Assembly: GCF_964355755.1 (NCBI RefSeq)
Contig: NC_092677.1
Coordinates: forward strand, 20,978,101 to 21,042,100
DNA: 64,000 nucleotides
From: Antedon mediterranea
Taxonomy: Eukaryota > Animalia > Echinodermata
Direction: 5' to 3'
Positions 1-14,935 of this stretch are shown piece after piece (positions within the stretch are counted from its first letter, which is position 1; each line of letters opens with the position of its first letter). The translations under genes were made by a program, and so were the position numbers. The notes under the pieces are model-generated. The model searched no databases, was not told where the DNA came from, and saw only the letters and a list, made by a program, of their open reading frames with translations.

Positions 1-3000
1 TGCATTTCGATGAAACTTGGTTACACAAAAACATCAAAGTGCTTAAAATCACATTTTGAGCATTTCGTTAAAACTTTTCACACAAAAACATCAAAGAGTA
101 AAAAATAGCTTAATATCGTATTTAAAAACGTTTTAGACCATTTTGAGCATTTCGACAAAATTTTTTCACACAAAACATCAAAGTGTACAGAATAGCTTTA
201 AATCGCATTTGGAGACGTTTTAGACCATTTTGTTAATTTCGATGAAACAAAAACACAAAAACATCAAATTGCACAAAATGGCTTAATATGATATGGGAAA
301 ACGTTTTAGACCATTTTGAACATTTCGTTAAAAGTTTTCACACAAAAACATCAAAGTCCACAAAATAGCTTAATATCGTATTTAAAAACGTTTTAGACCA
401 TTTTGAGCATTTCAAAAAAACTTTTTCACACAAAACATCAAAGTTTACAAAATAGCTTCAAATCGCATTTGGAGACGTTTTAGACCATTTTGTGATTTTC
501 GAAAAAACTTGTTAACATAAAAACACCAAAGTGCTCAGAAAAGCTTCAAATCGCATTTGGAGACGTTTTAAACCATTTTGTTCATTTCGATGAAACTTGG
601 TTACACAAAAACATCAAAGAGCACAAAAGTATTTAAAAACGTTTTAGACCATTTTGAGCATTCCGACAAAACTTTTTCACACAAAACATCAAAGTGTACA
701 GAATAGCTTTAAATCGCATTTGGAGACGTTTTAGACCATTTTGTAGTTTTCGAAAAAACTTGTTAACATAAAAACACAAAAGAGCTTCAAATCGCATTTG
801 GAGACGTTTTAGACCCTTTTGTGCATTTCGATGAAACTTGGTTACACAAAAACATCAAAGTGCTTAAAATCACATTAGAAACCGTTTTAGACCATTTTGA
901 GCATTTCGTTAAAACTTTTCACACAAAAACATCAAAGTCCACAAAATAGCTTAATATCGTATTCAAAAACGTTTTAGACCATTTTGAGCATTTCGAAAAA
1001 ACTTTTTCACACAAAACATCAAAGTTTACAAAATAGCTTCAAATCGCATTTGGAGACGTTTTAGACCATTTTGTGATTTTCGAAAAAACTTGTTAACATA
1101 AAAACACCAAAGTGCTCAGAATACCTTCAAATCGCATTTTGAGACGTTTTAGACCATTTTGTGATTTTCGAAAAAACAACATAAAAACACCAAAGTGCTC
1201 AGAATACCTTCAAATCGCATTTGGAGACGTTTTAGACCATTTTGTGATTTTGGAAAAAACTTGTTAACATAAAAACACCAAAGTGCTCAGAATACCTTCA
1301 AATCGTATTTTGAGACGTTTTAGACAATTTTGTGATTTTCGAAAAAACTTGTTAACATAAAAACACCAAAGTGCTTAGAAAAGCTTCAAATCGCATTTGG
1401 AGACGTTTTAGACCATTTTGTGCATTTCGATGAAACTTTGTTACACAAAAACATCAAAGTGTACAGAATAGCTTCAAATCGCATTAGAAACCGTTTTAGA
1501 CCATTTTGAGCATTTCGAAAAAACTTTTTCACACAAAACATCAAAGTGTACAAAATAGCTTCAAATCGCATTTGGAGACGTTTTAGACAATTTTGTGATT
1601 TTCGAAAAAACTTGTTTACATAAAAACACCAAAGTGCTAAGAATAGCTTCCAATCGCATTTGGAGACGTTTTAGACCCTTTTGTGCATTTCGATGAAACT
1701 TGGTTACACAAAAACATCAAAGTGCTTAAAATCACATTAGAAACCGTTTTAGACCATTTTGAGCATTTCGTTAAAATTTTTCACAGAAAAATATCAAAGA
1801 GCAAAAAATAGCTTAATATCGTATTTAAAAACGTTTTAGACCATTTTGAGCATTTCGAAAAAACTTTTTCACACAAAACATCAAAGTGTACAAAATAGCT
1901 TCAAATCGCATTTGGAGACGTTTTAGACAATTTTGTGATTTTCGAAAAAACTTGTTTACATAAAAACACCAAAGTGCTAAGAATAGCTTCCAATCGCATT
2001 TGGAGACGTTTTAGACCCTTTTGTGCATTTCGATGAAACTTGGTTACACAAAAACATCAAAGTGCTTAAAATCACATTAGAAACCGTTTTAGACCATTTT
2101 GAGCATTTCGTTAAAATTTTTCACAGAAAAACATCAAAGAGCAAAAAATAGCTTAATATCGTATTTAAAAACGTTTTAGACCATTTTGAGCATTTCGACA
2201 AAACTTTTTCACACAAAACATCAAAGTGTACAGAATAGCTTAATATCGCATTTGGAGACGTTTTAACCCATTTTGAGCATTTCGATAAAATTTTACACAC
2301 AAAAACATCAAAGTGCACAAAATAGCTTAATATGGTATTTAAAAACGTTTTAGAACATTTTGAGCATTTCAACAAAACTTTTTCTCACAAAACATCAAAG
2401 TGTACAGAATAGCTTCAAATCGCATTTGGAGACGTTTTAGACCATTTTGTGCATTTCGATGAAACTTGGTTACACAAAAACATCAAAGTGCTTAAAATCA
2501 CATTTTGAGCATTTCGTTAAAACTTTTCACACAAAAACATCAAAGAGTAAAAAATAGCTTAATATCGTATTTAAAAACGTTTTAGACCATTTTGAGCATT
2601 TCGACAAAATTTTTTCACACAAAACATCAAAGTGTACAGAATAGCTTTAAATCGCATTTGGAGACGTTTTAGACCATTTTGTTAATTTCGATGAAACAAA
2701 AACACAAAAACATCAAATTGCACAAAATGGCTTAATATGATATGGGAAAACGTTTTAGACCATTTTGAACATTTCGTTAAAAGTTTTCACACAAAAACAT
2801 CAAAGTCCACAAAATAGCTTAATATCGTATTTAAAAACGTTTTAGACCATTTTGAGCATTTCGAAAAAACTTTTTCACACAAAACATCAAAGTTTACAAA
2901 ATAGCTTCAAATCGCATTTGGAGACGTTTTAGACCATTTTGTGATTTTCGAAAAAACTTGTTAACATAAAAACACCAAAGTGCTCAGAATACCTTCAAAT

Positions 3001-6000
3001 CGCATTTTGAGACGTTTTAGACCATTTTGTGATTTTCGAAAAAACTTGTTAACATAAAAACACCAAAGTGCTCAGAATACCTTCAAATCGTGTTTTGAGA
3101 CGTTTTAGACCATTTTGTGATTTTCGAAAAAACTTGTTAACATAAAAACACCAAAGTGCTCAGAATACCTTCAAATCGCATTTTGAGACGTTTTAGACCA
3201 TTTTTTGATTTTCGAAAAAACTTGTTAACATAAAAACACCAAAGTGCTCAGAATACCTTCAAATCGTGTTTTGAGACGTTTTAGACCATTTTGTGATTTT
3301 CGAAAAAACTTGTTAACATAAAAACACCAAAGTGCTTAGAAAAGCTTCAAATCGCATTTGGAGACGTTTTAGACCATTTTGTTCATTTCGATGAAACTTG
3401 GTTACACAAAAACATCAAAGAGCACAAAAGATCTTAATATCGTATTTAAAAACGTTTTAGACCATTTTGAGCATTTCGAAAAAACTTTTTCACACAAAAC
3501 ATCAAAGTGTACAAAATAGCTTCAAATCGCATTTTGAGATGTTTTAGACAATTTTGTGATTTTCGAAAAAACTTGTTTACATAAAAACACCAAAGTGCTT
3601 AGAAAAGCTTCAAATCGCATTTGGAGACGTTTTAAACCATTTTGTTCATTTCGATGAAACTTGGTTACACAAAAACATCAAAGAGCACAAAAGTATTTAA
3701 AAACGTTTTAGACCATTTTGAGCATTCCGTCAAAACTTTTTCACACAAAACATCAAAGTGTACAGAATAGCTTTAAATCGCATTTGGAGACGTTTTAGAC
3801 CATTTTGTAGTTTTCGAAAAAACTTGTTAACATAAAAACACAAAAGAGCTTCAAATCGCATTTGGAGACGTTTTAGACCCTTTTGTGCATTTCGATGAAA
3901 CTTGGTTACACAAAAACATCAAAGTGCTTAAAATCACATTTTGAGCATTTCGTTAAAACTTTTCACACAAAAACATCAAAGAGTAAAAAATAGCTTAATA
4001 TCGTATTTAAAAACGTTTTAGACCATTTTGAGCATTTCGACAAAATTTTTTCACACAAAACATCAAAGTGTACAGAATAGCTTTAAATCGCATTTGGAGA
4101 CGTTTTAGACCATTTTGTTAATTTCGATGAAACAAAAACACAAAAACATCAAATTGCACAAAATGGCTTAATATGATATGGGAAAACGTTTTAGACCATT
4201 TTGAACATTTCGTTAAAAGTTTTCACACAAAAACATCAAAGTCCACAAAATAGCTTAATATCGTATTTAAAAACGTTTTAGACCATTTTGAGCATTTCAA
4301 AAAAACTTTTTCACACAAAACATCAAAGTTTACAAAATAGCTTCAAATCGGATTTGGAGACGTTTTAGACCATTTTGTGATTTTCGAAAAAACTTGTTAA
4401 CATAAAAACACCAAAGTGCTCAGAAAAGCTTCAAATCGCATTTGGAGACGTTTTAAACCATTTTGTTCATTTCGATGAAACTTGGTTACACAAAAACATC
4501 AAAGAGCACAAAAGTATTTAAAAACGTTTTAGACCATTTTGAGCATTCCGACAAAACTTTTTCACACAAAACATCAAAGTGTACAGAATAGCTTTAAATC
4601 GCATTTGGAGACGTTTTAGACCATTTTGTAGTTTTCGAAAAAACTTGTTAACATAAAAACACAAAAGAGCTTCAAATCGCATTTGGAGACGTTTTAGACC
4701 CTTTTGTGCATTTCGATGAAACTTGGTTACACAAAAACATCAAAGTGCTTAAAATCACATTAGAAACCGTTTTAGACCATTTTGAGCATTTCGTTAAAAC
4801 TTTTCACACAAAAACATCAAAGTCCACAAAATAGCTTAATATCGTATTCAAAAACGTTTTAGACCATTTTGAGCATTTCGAAAAAACTTTTTCACACAAA
4901 ACATCAAAGTTTACAAAATAGCTTCAAATCGCATTTGGAGACGTTTTAGACAATTTTGTGATTTTCGAAAAAACTTGTTAACATAAAAACACCAAAGTGC
5001 TTAGAAAAGCTTCAAATCGCATTTGGAGACGTTTTAGACCATTTTGTGCATTTCGATGAAACTTGGTTACACAAAAACATCAAAGTGCTTAAAATCACAT
5101 TTTGAGCATTTCGTTAAAACTTTTCACACAAAAACATCAAAGAGCAAAAAATAGCTTAATATCGTATTTAAAAACGTTTTAGACCATTTTGAGCATTTCG
5201 ACAAAACTTTTTCACACAAAACATCAAAGTGTACAAAATAGCTTCAAATCGCATTTGGAGACGTTTTAGACAATTTTGTGATTTTCGAAAAAACTTGTTT
5301 ACATAAAAACACCAAAGTGCTAAGAATAGCTTCCAATCGCATTTGGAGACGTTTTAGACCCTTTTGTGCATTTCGATGAAACTTGGTTACACAAAAACAT
5401 CAAAGTGCTTAAAATCACATTAGAAACCGTTTTAGAACATTTTGAGCATTTCGTTAAAATTTTTCACAGAAAAACATCAAAGAGCAAAAAATAGCTTAAT
5501 ATCGTATTTAAAAACGTTTTAGACCATTTTGAGCATTTCGACAAAACTTTTTCACACAAAACAACAAAGTGTACAGAATAGCTTCAAATCGCATTTGGAG
5601 ACGTTTTAACCCATTTTGAGCATTTCGATAAAATTTTACACACAAAAACATCAAAGTGCACAAAATAGCTTAATATGGTATTTAAAAACGTTTTAGACCA
5701 TTTTGAGCATTTCAACAAAACTTTTTCTCACAAAACATCAAAGTGTACAGAATAGCTTCAAATCGCATTTGGAGACGTTTTAGACCATTTTGTGCATTTC
5801 GATGAAACTTGGTTACACAAAAACATCAAAGTGCTTAAAATCACATTTTGAGCATTTCGTTAAAACTCTTCACACAAAAACATCAAAGTCCACAAAATAG
5901 CTTAATATCGTATTTAAAAACGTTTTAGACCATTTTGAGCATTTCGAAAAAACTTTTCCACACAAAACATCAAAGTTTACAAAATAGCTTCAAATCGCAT

Positions 6001-9000
6001 TTGGAGACGTTTTAGACCATTTTGTGATTTTCGAAAAAACTTGTTAACATAAAAACACCAAAGTGCTCAGAATACCTTCAAATCGCATTTGGAGACGTTT
6101 TAGACCCTTTTGTGCATTTCGATGAAACTTGGTTACACAAAAACATCAAAGTGCTTAAAATCACATTAGAAACCGTTTTAGACCATTTTGAGCATTTCGT
6201 TAAAATTTTTCACAGAAAAACATCAAAGAGCAAAAAATAGCTTAATATCGTATTTAAAAACGTTTTAGACCATTTTGAGCATTTCGACAAAACTTTTTCA
6301 CACAAAACATCAAAGTGTACAGAATAGCTTCAAATCGCATTTGGAGACGTTTTAACCCATTTTGAGCATTTCGATAAAATTTTACACACAAAAACATCAA
6401 AGTGCACAAAATAGCTTAATATGGTATTTAAAAACGTTTTAGACCATTTTGAGCATTTCAACAAAACTTTTTCTCGCAAAACATCAAAGTGTACAGAATA
6501 GCTTCAAATCGCATTTGGAGACGTTTTAGACCATTTTGTGCATTTCGATGAAACTTGGTTACACAAAAACATCAAAGTGCTTAAAATCACATTTTGAGCA
6601 TTTCGTTAAAACTTTTCACACAAAAACATCAAAGTCCACAAAATAGCTTAATATCGTATTTAAAAACGTTTTAGACCATTTTGAGCATTTCGAAAAAACT
6701 TTTCCACACAAAACATCAAAGTTTACAAAATAGCTTCAAATCGCATTTGGAGACGTTTTAGACCATTTTGTGATTTTCGAAAAAACTTGTTAACATAAAA
6801 ACACCAAAGTGCTCAGAATACCTTCAAATCGTGTTTTGAGACGTTTTAGACCATTTTGTAATTTTCGAAAAAACTTGTTAACATAAAAACACCAAAGTGC
6901 TCAGAATACCTTCACATCGCATTTTGAGACGTTTTAGACCATTTTGTGATTTTCGAAAAAACTTGTTAACATAAAAACACCAAAGTGCTTAGAAAAGCTT
7001 GAAATCGCATTTGGAGACGTTTTAGACCATTTTGTGCATTTCGATGAAACTTGGTTAAAGTGCTTAAAATCACATTTTGAGCATTTCGTTAAAACTTTTC
7101 ACACAAAAACATCAAAGAGTAAAAAATAGCTTAATATCGTATTTAAAAACGTTTTAGACCATTTTGAGCATTTCGACAAAATTTTTTCACACAAAACATC
7201 AAAGTGTACAGAATAGCTTTAAATCGCATTTGGAGACGTTTTAGACCATTTTGTTCATTTCGATGAAACAAAAACACAAAAACATCAAATTGCACAAAAT
7301 GGCTTAATATGATATGGGAAAACGTTTTAGACCATTTTGAACATTTCGTTAAAAGTTTTCACAAAAAAACATCAAAGTCCACAAAATAGCTTAATATCGT
7401 ATTTAAAAACGTTTTAGACCATTTTGAGCATTTCGAAAAAACTTTTTCACACAAAACATCAAAGTTTACAAAATAGCTTCAAATCGCATTTGGAGACGTT
7501 TTAGACCATTTTGTGATTTTCGAAAAAACTTGTTAACATAAAAACACCAAAGTGCTCAGAATACCTTCAAATCGCATTTTGAGACGTTTTAGACCATTTT
7601 GTGATTTTCGAAAAAACTTGTTAACATAAAAACACCAAAGTGCTCAGAATACCTTCAAATCGTGTTTTGAGACGTTTTAGACCATTTTGTGATTTTGGAA
7701 AAACTTGTTAACATAAAAACACCAAAGTGCTCAGAATACCTTCAAATCGCATTTGGAGACGTTTTAGACCATTTTGTGATTTTCGGAAAAACTTGTTAAC
7801 ATAAAAACACCAAAGTGCTCAGAAAAGCTTCAAATCGCAATTGGAGACGTTTTAAACCATTTTTTTCATTTCGATGAAACTTGGTTACACAAAAACATCA
7901 AATTGCACAAAATGGCTTAATATGGTATGGGAAAACGTTTTAGACCATTTTGAACATTTCGAGAAAACTTTTTCACACAAAACTTCAAAGTGTACAGAAT
8001 AGCTTCAAATCGCATTAGAAACCGTTTTAGACCATTTTGAGCATTTCGAAAAAACTTTTTCACACAAAACATCAAAGTTTACAAAATAGCTTCAAATCGC
8101 ATTTGGAGACGTTTTAGACCATTTTGTGATTTTCGAAAAAACTTGTTAACATAAAAACACCAAAGTGCTCAGAATACCTTCAAATCGCATTTTGAGACGT
8201 TTTAGACCATTTTGTGATTTTCGAAAAAACTTGTTAACATAAAAATACCAAAGTGCTCAGAATACCTTCAAATCGTGTTTTGAGACGTTTTAGACCATTT
8301 TGTGATTTTCGAAAAAACTTGTTAACATAAAAACACCAAAGTGCTCAGAATACCTTCAAATCGCATTTGGAGACGTTTTAGACCATTTTGTGATTTTCGA
8401 AAAAACTTGTTAACATAAAAACACCAAAGTGCTCAGAAAAGCTTCAAATCGCAATTGGAGACGTTTTAAACCATTTTGTTCATTTCGATGAAACTTGGTT
8501 ACACAAAAACATCAAAAAGCACAAAAGTATTTAAAAACGTTTTAGACCATTTTGAGCATTCCGACAAAACTTTTTCACAATCAACATCAAAGTGTACAGA
8601 ATAGCTTTAAATCGCATTTGGAGACGTTTTAGACCATTTTGTAGTTTTCGAAAAAACTTGTTAACATAAAAACACAAAAGAGCTTCAAATCGCATTTGGA
8701 GACGTTTTAGACCCTTTTGTGCATTTCGATGAAACTTGGTTACACAAAAACATCAAAGTGCTTAAAATCACATTAGAAACCGTTTTAGACCATTTTGAGC
8801 ATTTCGTTAAAACTTTTCACACAAAAACATCAAAGTCCACAAAATAGCTTAATATCGTTTTCAAAAACGTTTTAGACCATTTTGAGCATTTCGAAAAAAC
8901 TTTTTCACACAAAACATCAAAGTTTACAAAATAGCTTCAAATCGCATTTGGAGACGTTTTAGACCATTTTGTGATTTTCGAAAAAACTTGTTAACATAAA

Positions 9001-12000
9001 AACACCAAAGTGCTCAGAATACCTTCAAATCGCATTTGGAGACGTTTTAGACCATTTTGTGATTTTCGAAAAAACTTGTTAACATAAAAACACCAAAGTG
9101 CTTAGAAAAGCTTCAAATCGTATTTAAAAACGTTTTAGACCATTTTGAGCATTTCGACAAAACTTTTTCACACAAAACATCAAAGTGTACAAAATAGCTT
9201 CAAATCGCATTTGGAGACGTTTTAGACAATTTTGTGATTTTCGAAAAAACTTGTTTACATAAAAACACCAAAGTGCTAAGAATAGCTTCCAATCGCATTT
9301 GGAGACGTTTTAGACCCTTTTGTGCATTTTGATGAAACTTGGTTACACAAAAACATCAAAGTGCTTAAAATCACATTAGAAACCGTTTTAGAACATTTTG
9401 AGCATTTCGTTAAAATTTTTCACAGAAAAACATCAAAGAGCAAAAAATAGCTTAATATCGTATTTAAAAACGTTTTAGACCATTTTGAGCATTTCGACAA
9501 AACTTTTTCACACAAAACAACAAAGTGTACAGAATAGCTTCAAATCGCATTTGGAGACGTTTTAACCCATTTTGAGCATTTCGATAAAATTTTACACACA
9601 AAAACATCAAAGTGCACAAAATAGCTTAATATGGTATTTAAAAACGTTTTAGACCATTTTGAGCATTTCAACAAAACTTTTTCTCACAAAACATCAAAGT
9701 GTACAGAATAGCTTCAAATCGCATTTGGAGACGTTTTAGACCATTTTGTGCATTTCGATGAAACTTGGTTACACAAAAACATCAAAGTGCTTAAAATCAC
9801 ATTTTGAGCATTTCGTTAAAACTTTTCACACAAAAACATCAAAGAGCAAAAAATAGCTTAATATCGTATTTAAAAACGTTTTAGACCATTTTGAGCATTT
9901 CGACAAAACTTTTTCACACAAAACATCAAAGTGTACAAAATAGCTTCAAATCGCATTTGGAGACGTTTTAGACAATTTTGTGATTTTCGAAAAAACTTGT
10001 TTACATAAAAACACCAAAGTGCTAAGAATAGCTTCCAATCGCATTTGGAGACGTTTTAGACCCTTTTGTGCATTTTGATGAAACTTGGTTACACAAAAAC
10101 ATCAAAGTGCTTAAAATCACATTAGAAACCGTTTTAGAACATTTTGAGCATTTCGTTAAAATTTTTCACAGAAAAACATCAAAGAGCAAAAAATAGCTTA
10201 ATATCGTATTTAAAAACGTTTTAGACCATTTTGAGCATTTCGACAAAACTTTTTCACACAAAACAACAAAGTGTACAGAATAGCTTCAAATCGCATTTGG
10301 AGACGTTTTAACCCATTTTGAGCATTTCGATAAAATTTTACACACAAAAACATCAAAGTGCACAAAATAGCTTAATATGGTATTTAAAAACGTTTTAGAC
10401 CATTTTGAGCATTTCAACAAAACTTTTTCTCACAAAACATCAAAGTGTACAGAATAGCTTCAAATCGCATTTGGAGACGTTTTAGACCATTTTGTGCATT
10501 TCGATGAAACTTGGTTACACAAAAACATCAAAGTGCTTAAAATCACATTTTGAGCATTTCGTTAAAACTTTTCACACAAAAACATCAAAGTCCACAAAAT
10601 AGCTTAATATCGTATTTAAAAACGTTTTAGACCATTTTGAGCATTTCGAAAAAACTTTTCCACACAAAACATCAAAGTTTACAAAATAGCTTCAAATCGC
10701 ATTTGGAGACGTTTTAGACCATTTTGTGATTTTCGAAAAAACTTGTTAACATAAAAACACCAAAGTGCTCAGAATACCTTCAAATCGTGTTTTGAGACGT
10801 TTTAGACCATTTTGTAATTTTCGAAAAAACTTGTTAACATAAAAACACCAAAGTGCTCAGAATACCTTCACATCGCATTTTGAGACGTTTTAGACCATTT
10901 TGTGATTTTCGAAAAAACTTGTTAACATAAAAACACCAAAGTGCTTAGAAAAGCTTGAAATCGCATTTGGAGACGTTTTAGACCATTTTGTGCATTTCGA
11001 TGAAACTTGGTTAAAGTGCTTAAAATCACATTTTGAGCATTTCGTTAAAACTTTTCACACAAAAACATCAAAGAGTAAAAAATAGCTTAATATCGTATTT
11101 AAAAACGTTTTAGACCATTTTGAGCATTTCGACAAAATTTTTTCACACAAAACATCAAAGTGTACAGAATAGCTTTAAATCGCATTTGGAGACGTTTTAG
11201 ACCATTTTGTTCATTTCGATGAAACAAAAACACAAAAACATCAAATTGCACAAAATGGCTTAATATGATATGGGAAAACGTTTTAGACCATTTTGAACAT
11301 TTCGTTAAAAGTTTTCACAAAAAAACATCAAAGTCCACAAAATAGCTTAATATCGTATTTAAAAACGTTTTAGACCATTTTGAGCATTTCGAAAAAACTT
11401 TTTCACACAAAACATCAAAGTTTACAAAATAGCTTCAAATCGCATTTGGAGACGTTTTAGACCATTTTGTGATTTTCGAAAAAACTTGTTAACATAAAAA
11501 CACCAAAGTGCTCAGAATACCTTCAAATCGCATTTTGAGACGTTTTAGACCATTTTGTGATTTTCGAAAAAACTTGTTAACATAAAAACACCAAAGTGCT
11601 CAGAATACCTTCAAATCGTGTTTTGAGACGTTTTAGACCATTTTGTGATTTTGGAAAAACTTGTTAACATAAAAACACCAAAGTGCTCAGAATACCTTCA
11701 AATCGCATTTGGAGACGTTTTAGACCATTTTGTGATTTTCGGAAAAACTTGTTAACATAAAAACACCAAAGTGCTCAGAAAAGCTTCAAATCGCAATTGG
11801 AGACGTTTTAAACCATTTTTTTCATTTCGATGAAACTTGGTTACACAAAAACATCAAATTGCACAAAATGGCTTAATATGGTATGGGAAAACGTTTTAGA
11901 CCATTTTGAACATTTCGAGAAAACTTTTTCACACAAAACTTCAAAGTGTACAGAATAGCTTCAAATCGCATTAGAAACCGTTTTAGACCATTTTGAGCAT

Positions 12001-14935
12001 TTCGAAAAAACTTTTTCACACAAAACATCAAAGTTTACAAAATAGCTTCAAATCGCATTTGGAGACGTTTTAGACCATTTTGTGATTTTCGAAAAACATT
12101 GTTAACATAAAAACACCAAAGTGCTCAGAATACCTTCAAATCGCATTTTGAGACGTTTTAGACCATTTTGTGATTTTCGAAAAAACTTGTTAACATAAAA
12201 ATACCAAAGTGCTCAGAATACCTTCAAATCGTGTTTTGAGACGTTTTAGACCATTTTGTGATTTTCGAAAAAACTTGTTAACATAAAAACACCAAAGTGC
12301 TCAGAATACCTTCAAATCGCATTTGGAGACGTTTTAGACCCTTTTGTGATTTTCGAAAAAACTTGTTAACATAAAAACACCAAAGTGCTCAGAAAAGCTT
12401 CAAATCGCAATTGGAGACGTTTTAAACCATTTTGTTCATTTCGATGAAACTTGGTTACACAAAAACATCAAAAAGCACAAAAGTATTTAAAAACGTTTTA
12501 GACCATTTTGAGCATTCCGACAAAACTTTTTCACAATCAACATCAAAGTGTACAGAATAGCTTTAAATCGCATTTGGAGACGTTTTAGACCATTTTGTAG
12601 TTTTCGAAAAAACTTGTTAACATAAAAACACAAAAGAGCTTCAAATCGCATTTGGAGACGTTTTAGACCCTTTTGTGCATTTCGATGAAACTTGGTTACA
12701 CAAAAACATCAAAGTGCTTAAAATCACATTAGAAACCGTTTTAGACCATTTTGAGCATTTCGTTAAAACTTTTCACACAAAAACATCAAAGTCCACAAAA
12801 TAGCTTAATATCGTTTTCAAAAACGTTTTAGACCATTTTGAGCATTTCGAAAAAACTTTTTCACACAAAACATCAAAGTTTACAAAATAGCTTCAAATCG
12901 CATTTGGAGACGTTTTAGACCATTTTGTGATTTTCGAAAAAACTTGTTAACATAAAAACACCAAAGTGCTCAGAATACCTTCAAATCGCATTTGGAGACG
13001 TTTTAGACCATTTTGTGATTTTCGAAAAAACTTGTTAACATAAAAACACCAAAGTGCTTAGAAAAGCTTCAAATCGCATTTGGAGACGTTTTAGACCATT
13101 TTGTGCATTTCGATGAAACTTGGTTACACAAAAACATCAAAGTGCTTAAAATCACATTTTGAGCATTTCGTTAAAACTTTTCACACAAAAACATCAAAGA
13201 GCAAAAAATAGCTTAATATCGTATTTAAAAACGTTTTAGACCATTTTGAGCATTTCGACAAAACTTTTTCACACAAAACATCAAAGTGTACAAAATAGCT
13301 TCAAATCGCATTTGGAGACGTTTTAGACAATTTTGTGATTTTCGAAAAAACTTGTTTACATAAAAACACCAAAGTGCTAAGAATAGCTTCCAATCGCATT
13401 TGGAGACGTTTTAGACCCTTTTGTGCATTTTGATGAAACTTGGTTACACAAAAACATCAAAGTGCTTAAAATCACATTAGAAACCGTTTTAGAACATTTT
13501 GAGCATTTCGTTAAAATTTTTCACAGAAAAACATCAAAGAGCAAAAAATAGCTTAATATCGTATTTAAAAACGTTTTAGACCATTTTGAGCATTTCGACA
13601 AAACTTTTTCACACAAAACAACAAAGTGTACAGAATAGCTTCAAATCGCATTTGGAGACGTTTTAACCCATTTTGAGCATTTCGATAAAATTTTACACAC
13701 AAAAACATCAAAGTGCACAAAATAGCTTAATATGGTATTTAAAAACGTTTTAGACCATTTTGAGCATTTCAACAAAACTTTTTCTCACAAAACATCAAAG
13801 TGTACAGAATAGCTTCAAATCGCATTTGGAGACGTTTTAGACCATTTTGTGCATTTCGATGAAACTTGGTTACACAAAAACATCAAAGTGCTTAAAATCA
13901 CATTTTGAGCATTTCGTTAAAACTTTTCACACAAAAACATCAAAGAGCAAAAAATAGCTTAATATCGTATTTAAAAACGTTTTAGACCATTTTGAGCATT
14001 TCGACAAAACTTTTTCACACAAAACATCAAAGTGTACAAAATAGCTTCAAATCGCATTTGGAGACGTTTTAGACAATTTTGTGATTTTCGAAAAAACTTG
14101 TTTACATAAAAACACCAAAGTGCTAAGAATAGCTTCCAATCGCATTTGGAGACGTTTTAGACCCTTTTGTGCATTTTGATGAAACTTGGTTACACAAAAA
14201 CATCAAAAAGCACAAAAGTATTTAAAAACGTTTTAGACCATTTTGAGCATTCCGACAAAACTTTTTCACAATCAACATCAAAGTGTACAGAATAGCTTTA
14301 AATCGCATTTGGAGACGTTTTAGACCATTTTGTAGTTTTCGAAAAAACTTGTTAACATAAAAACACAAAAGAGCTTCAAATCGCATTTGGAGACGTTTTA
14401 GACCCTTTTGTGCATTTCGATGAAACTTGGTTACACAAAAACATCAAAGTGCTTAAAATCACATTAGAAACCGTTTTAGACCATTTTGAGCATTTCGTTA
14501 AAACTTTTCACACAAAAACATCAAAGTCCACAAAATAGCTTAATATCGTTTTCAAAAACGTTTTAGACCATTTTGAGCATTTCGAAAAAACTTTTTCACA
14601 CAAAACATCAAAGTTTACAAAATAGCTTCAAATCGCATTTGGAGACGTTTTAGACCATTTTGTGATTTTCGAAAAAACTTGTTAACATAAAAACACCAAA
14701 GTGCTCAGAATACCTTCAAATCGCATTTGGAGACGTTTTAGACCATTTTGTGATTTTCGAAAAAACTTGTTAACATAAAAACACCAAAGTGCTTAGAAAA
14801 GCTTCAAATCGCATTTGGAGACGTTTTAGACCATTTTGTGCATTTCGATGAAACTTGGTTACACAAAAACATCAAAGTGCTTAAAATCACATTTTGAGCA
14901 TTTCGTTAAAACTTTTCACACAAAAACATCAAAGA

